Of a DNA stretch of 64,000 nt, positions 63,067-64,000 are shown in pieces; positions within the stretch are counted from its first letter, which is position 1; each line of letters starts with the position of its first letter. The notes beneath the pieces were generated by a model. That model did no database searches and was not told the DNA's origin. It saw nothing but the letters and a program-made list of their open reading frames with translations. The position numbers were made by a program, and so were the translations under genes. This DNA is from Octopus vulgaris (Eukaryota). The stretch lies in the NCBI GenBank assembly GCA_951406725.2, contig OX597818.1:41850001-41914000 (forward strand). The letters run 5' to 3'.

Positions 63067-63927
63067 CACATGTTAACAAGAGTTGATAGAAATGTTTCTT
63101 CATTGATACGATCTCTTTTTTTTTTATCAATCAGTCCTGGGATGATTCTAGCAGCGTATAAGTTTTTCTACGAGAAGGGATTGCTAGCCTGTCCCTCAAC
63201 CCCACTCTATTTTGGGAGAAAGAAACTGTGAGTGGTCCCCTACAATTCTTCTCACAGCACAACACAGCTTATTCAGAGAGTGAACGAGTGAGTGAGAAAA
63301 AGAGAAAGAGAGTGAATGAGAGACATTGATTAGCTTCACTGCTTGACTTGCATTTTATTAATCAATCCTGGAAGGCTGAAAATCAAAATTTACATAAGTG
63401 GGATTGAATCTAAGAGTTCAGAGAGCTGGAGCAAATACCAATAGGCACCCTATGTATTTACAATATATGTATATGCTTTGAGTGGTTTAGCTTTTACACA
63501 CTTCTGTTTCTCAATGCCAACCAATGTTTCTTTCATCAGTTCTTCAAGTACAGTAATGTCTATATTTTGCTAATGAGGTCAGAATAATACCATAAAATGT
63601 TTGGTGTTGTCTCCCATACTTGACAAAATAATTAAAATAATATTAGTCATTAACTCATTGTTTTTCTTCCCTCACTGAATAGTTATTTCTAGGTGACTTT
63701 TTAATACTCACCACATTAACTTGGAACTTTTCATATTTTCTAGCATCCTTGTAAAAGTTTCAAATTTAGATAATTTGTAACCTCCTGAGAGAAGATAGTT
63801 GAGATTTAATGCAGAGTAACAGAAAAAAAAGTACATAAAATTGGTTAAAACAAAGTGTATATTGTACTCTATATTTGAGAAAATTTGTCAGTTATAAATT
63901 ATATCTGTCTGTCTGTCTGTCTGTATG

Positions 63928-63960
<33 letters not shown>

Positions 63961-64000
63961 GCGTATGTGCATCAGAGAGACAGACAGACAGATAGGTTGA

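Overview
AT-rich, repeat-dense animal genomic DNA. The repeat repertoire looks like octopus/coleoid cephalopod DNA (recognition, not verified). The window holds one protein-coding gene on the + strand, N-alpha-acetyltransferase 60 (NAA60/NatF), which the ORF track does not assemble. I built it by hand from five coding exons (5225-5334, 29384-29513, 41452-41548, 44921-45155, 56123-56267; 717 nt, 238 aa). The last intron (45156-56122, ~11 kb) is a U12/minor-spliceosome intron (GTATCCTTTT donor, TTCCTTAAT branch site). It separates the GNAT catalytic domain from the C-terminal membrane anchor, and when unspliced it creates a TAG stop exactly at the junction. The rest is introns filled with LINE remnants (CR1-like, RTE-like, R4/Dong-like), tRNA-type SINEs, TTAA- and TA-flanked MITEs, Tc1/mariner remnants, Penelope-type minimal hammerhead ribozyme motifs and microsatellites. 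Most ORFs in the track are artefacts of these repeats. Repeat boundaries are read by eye and approximate.
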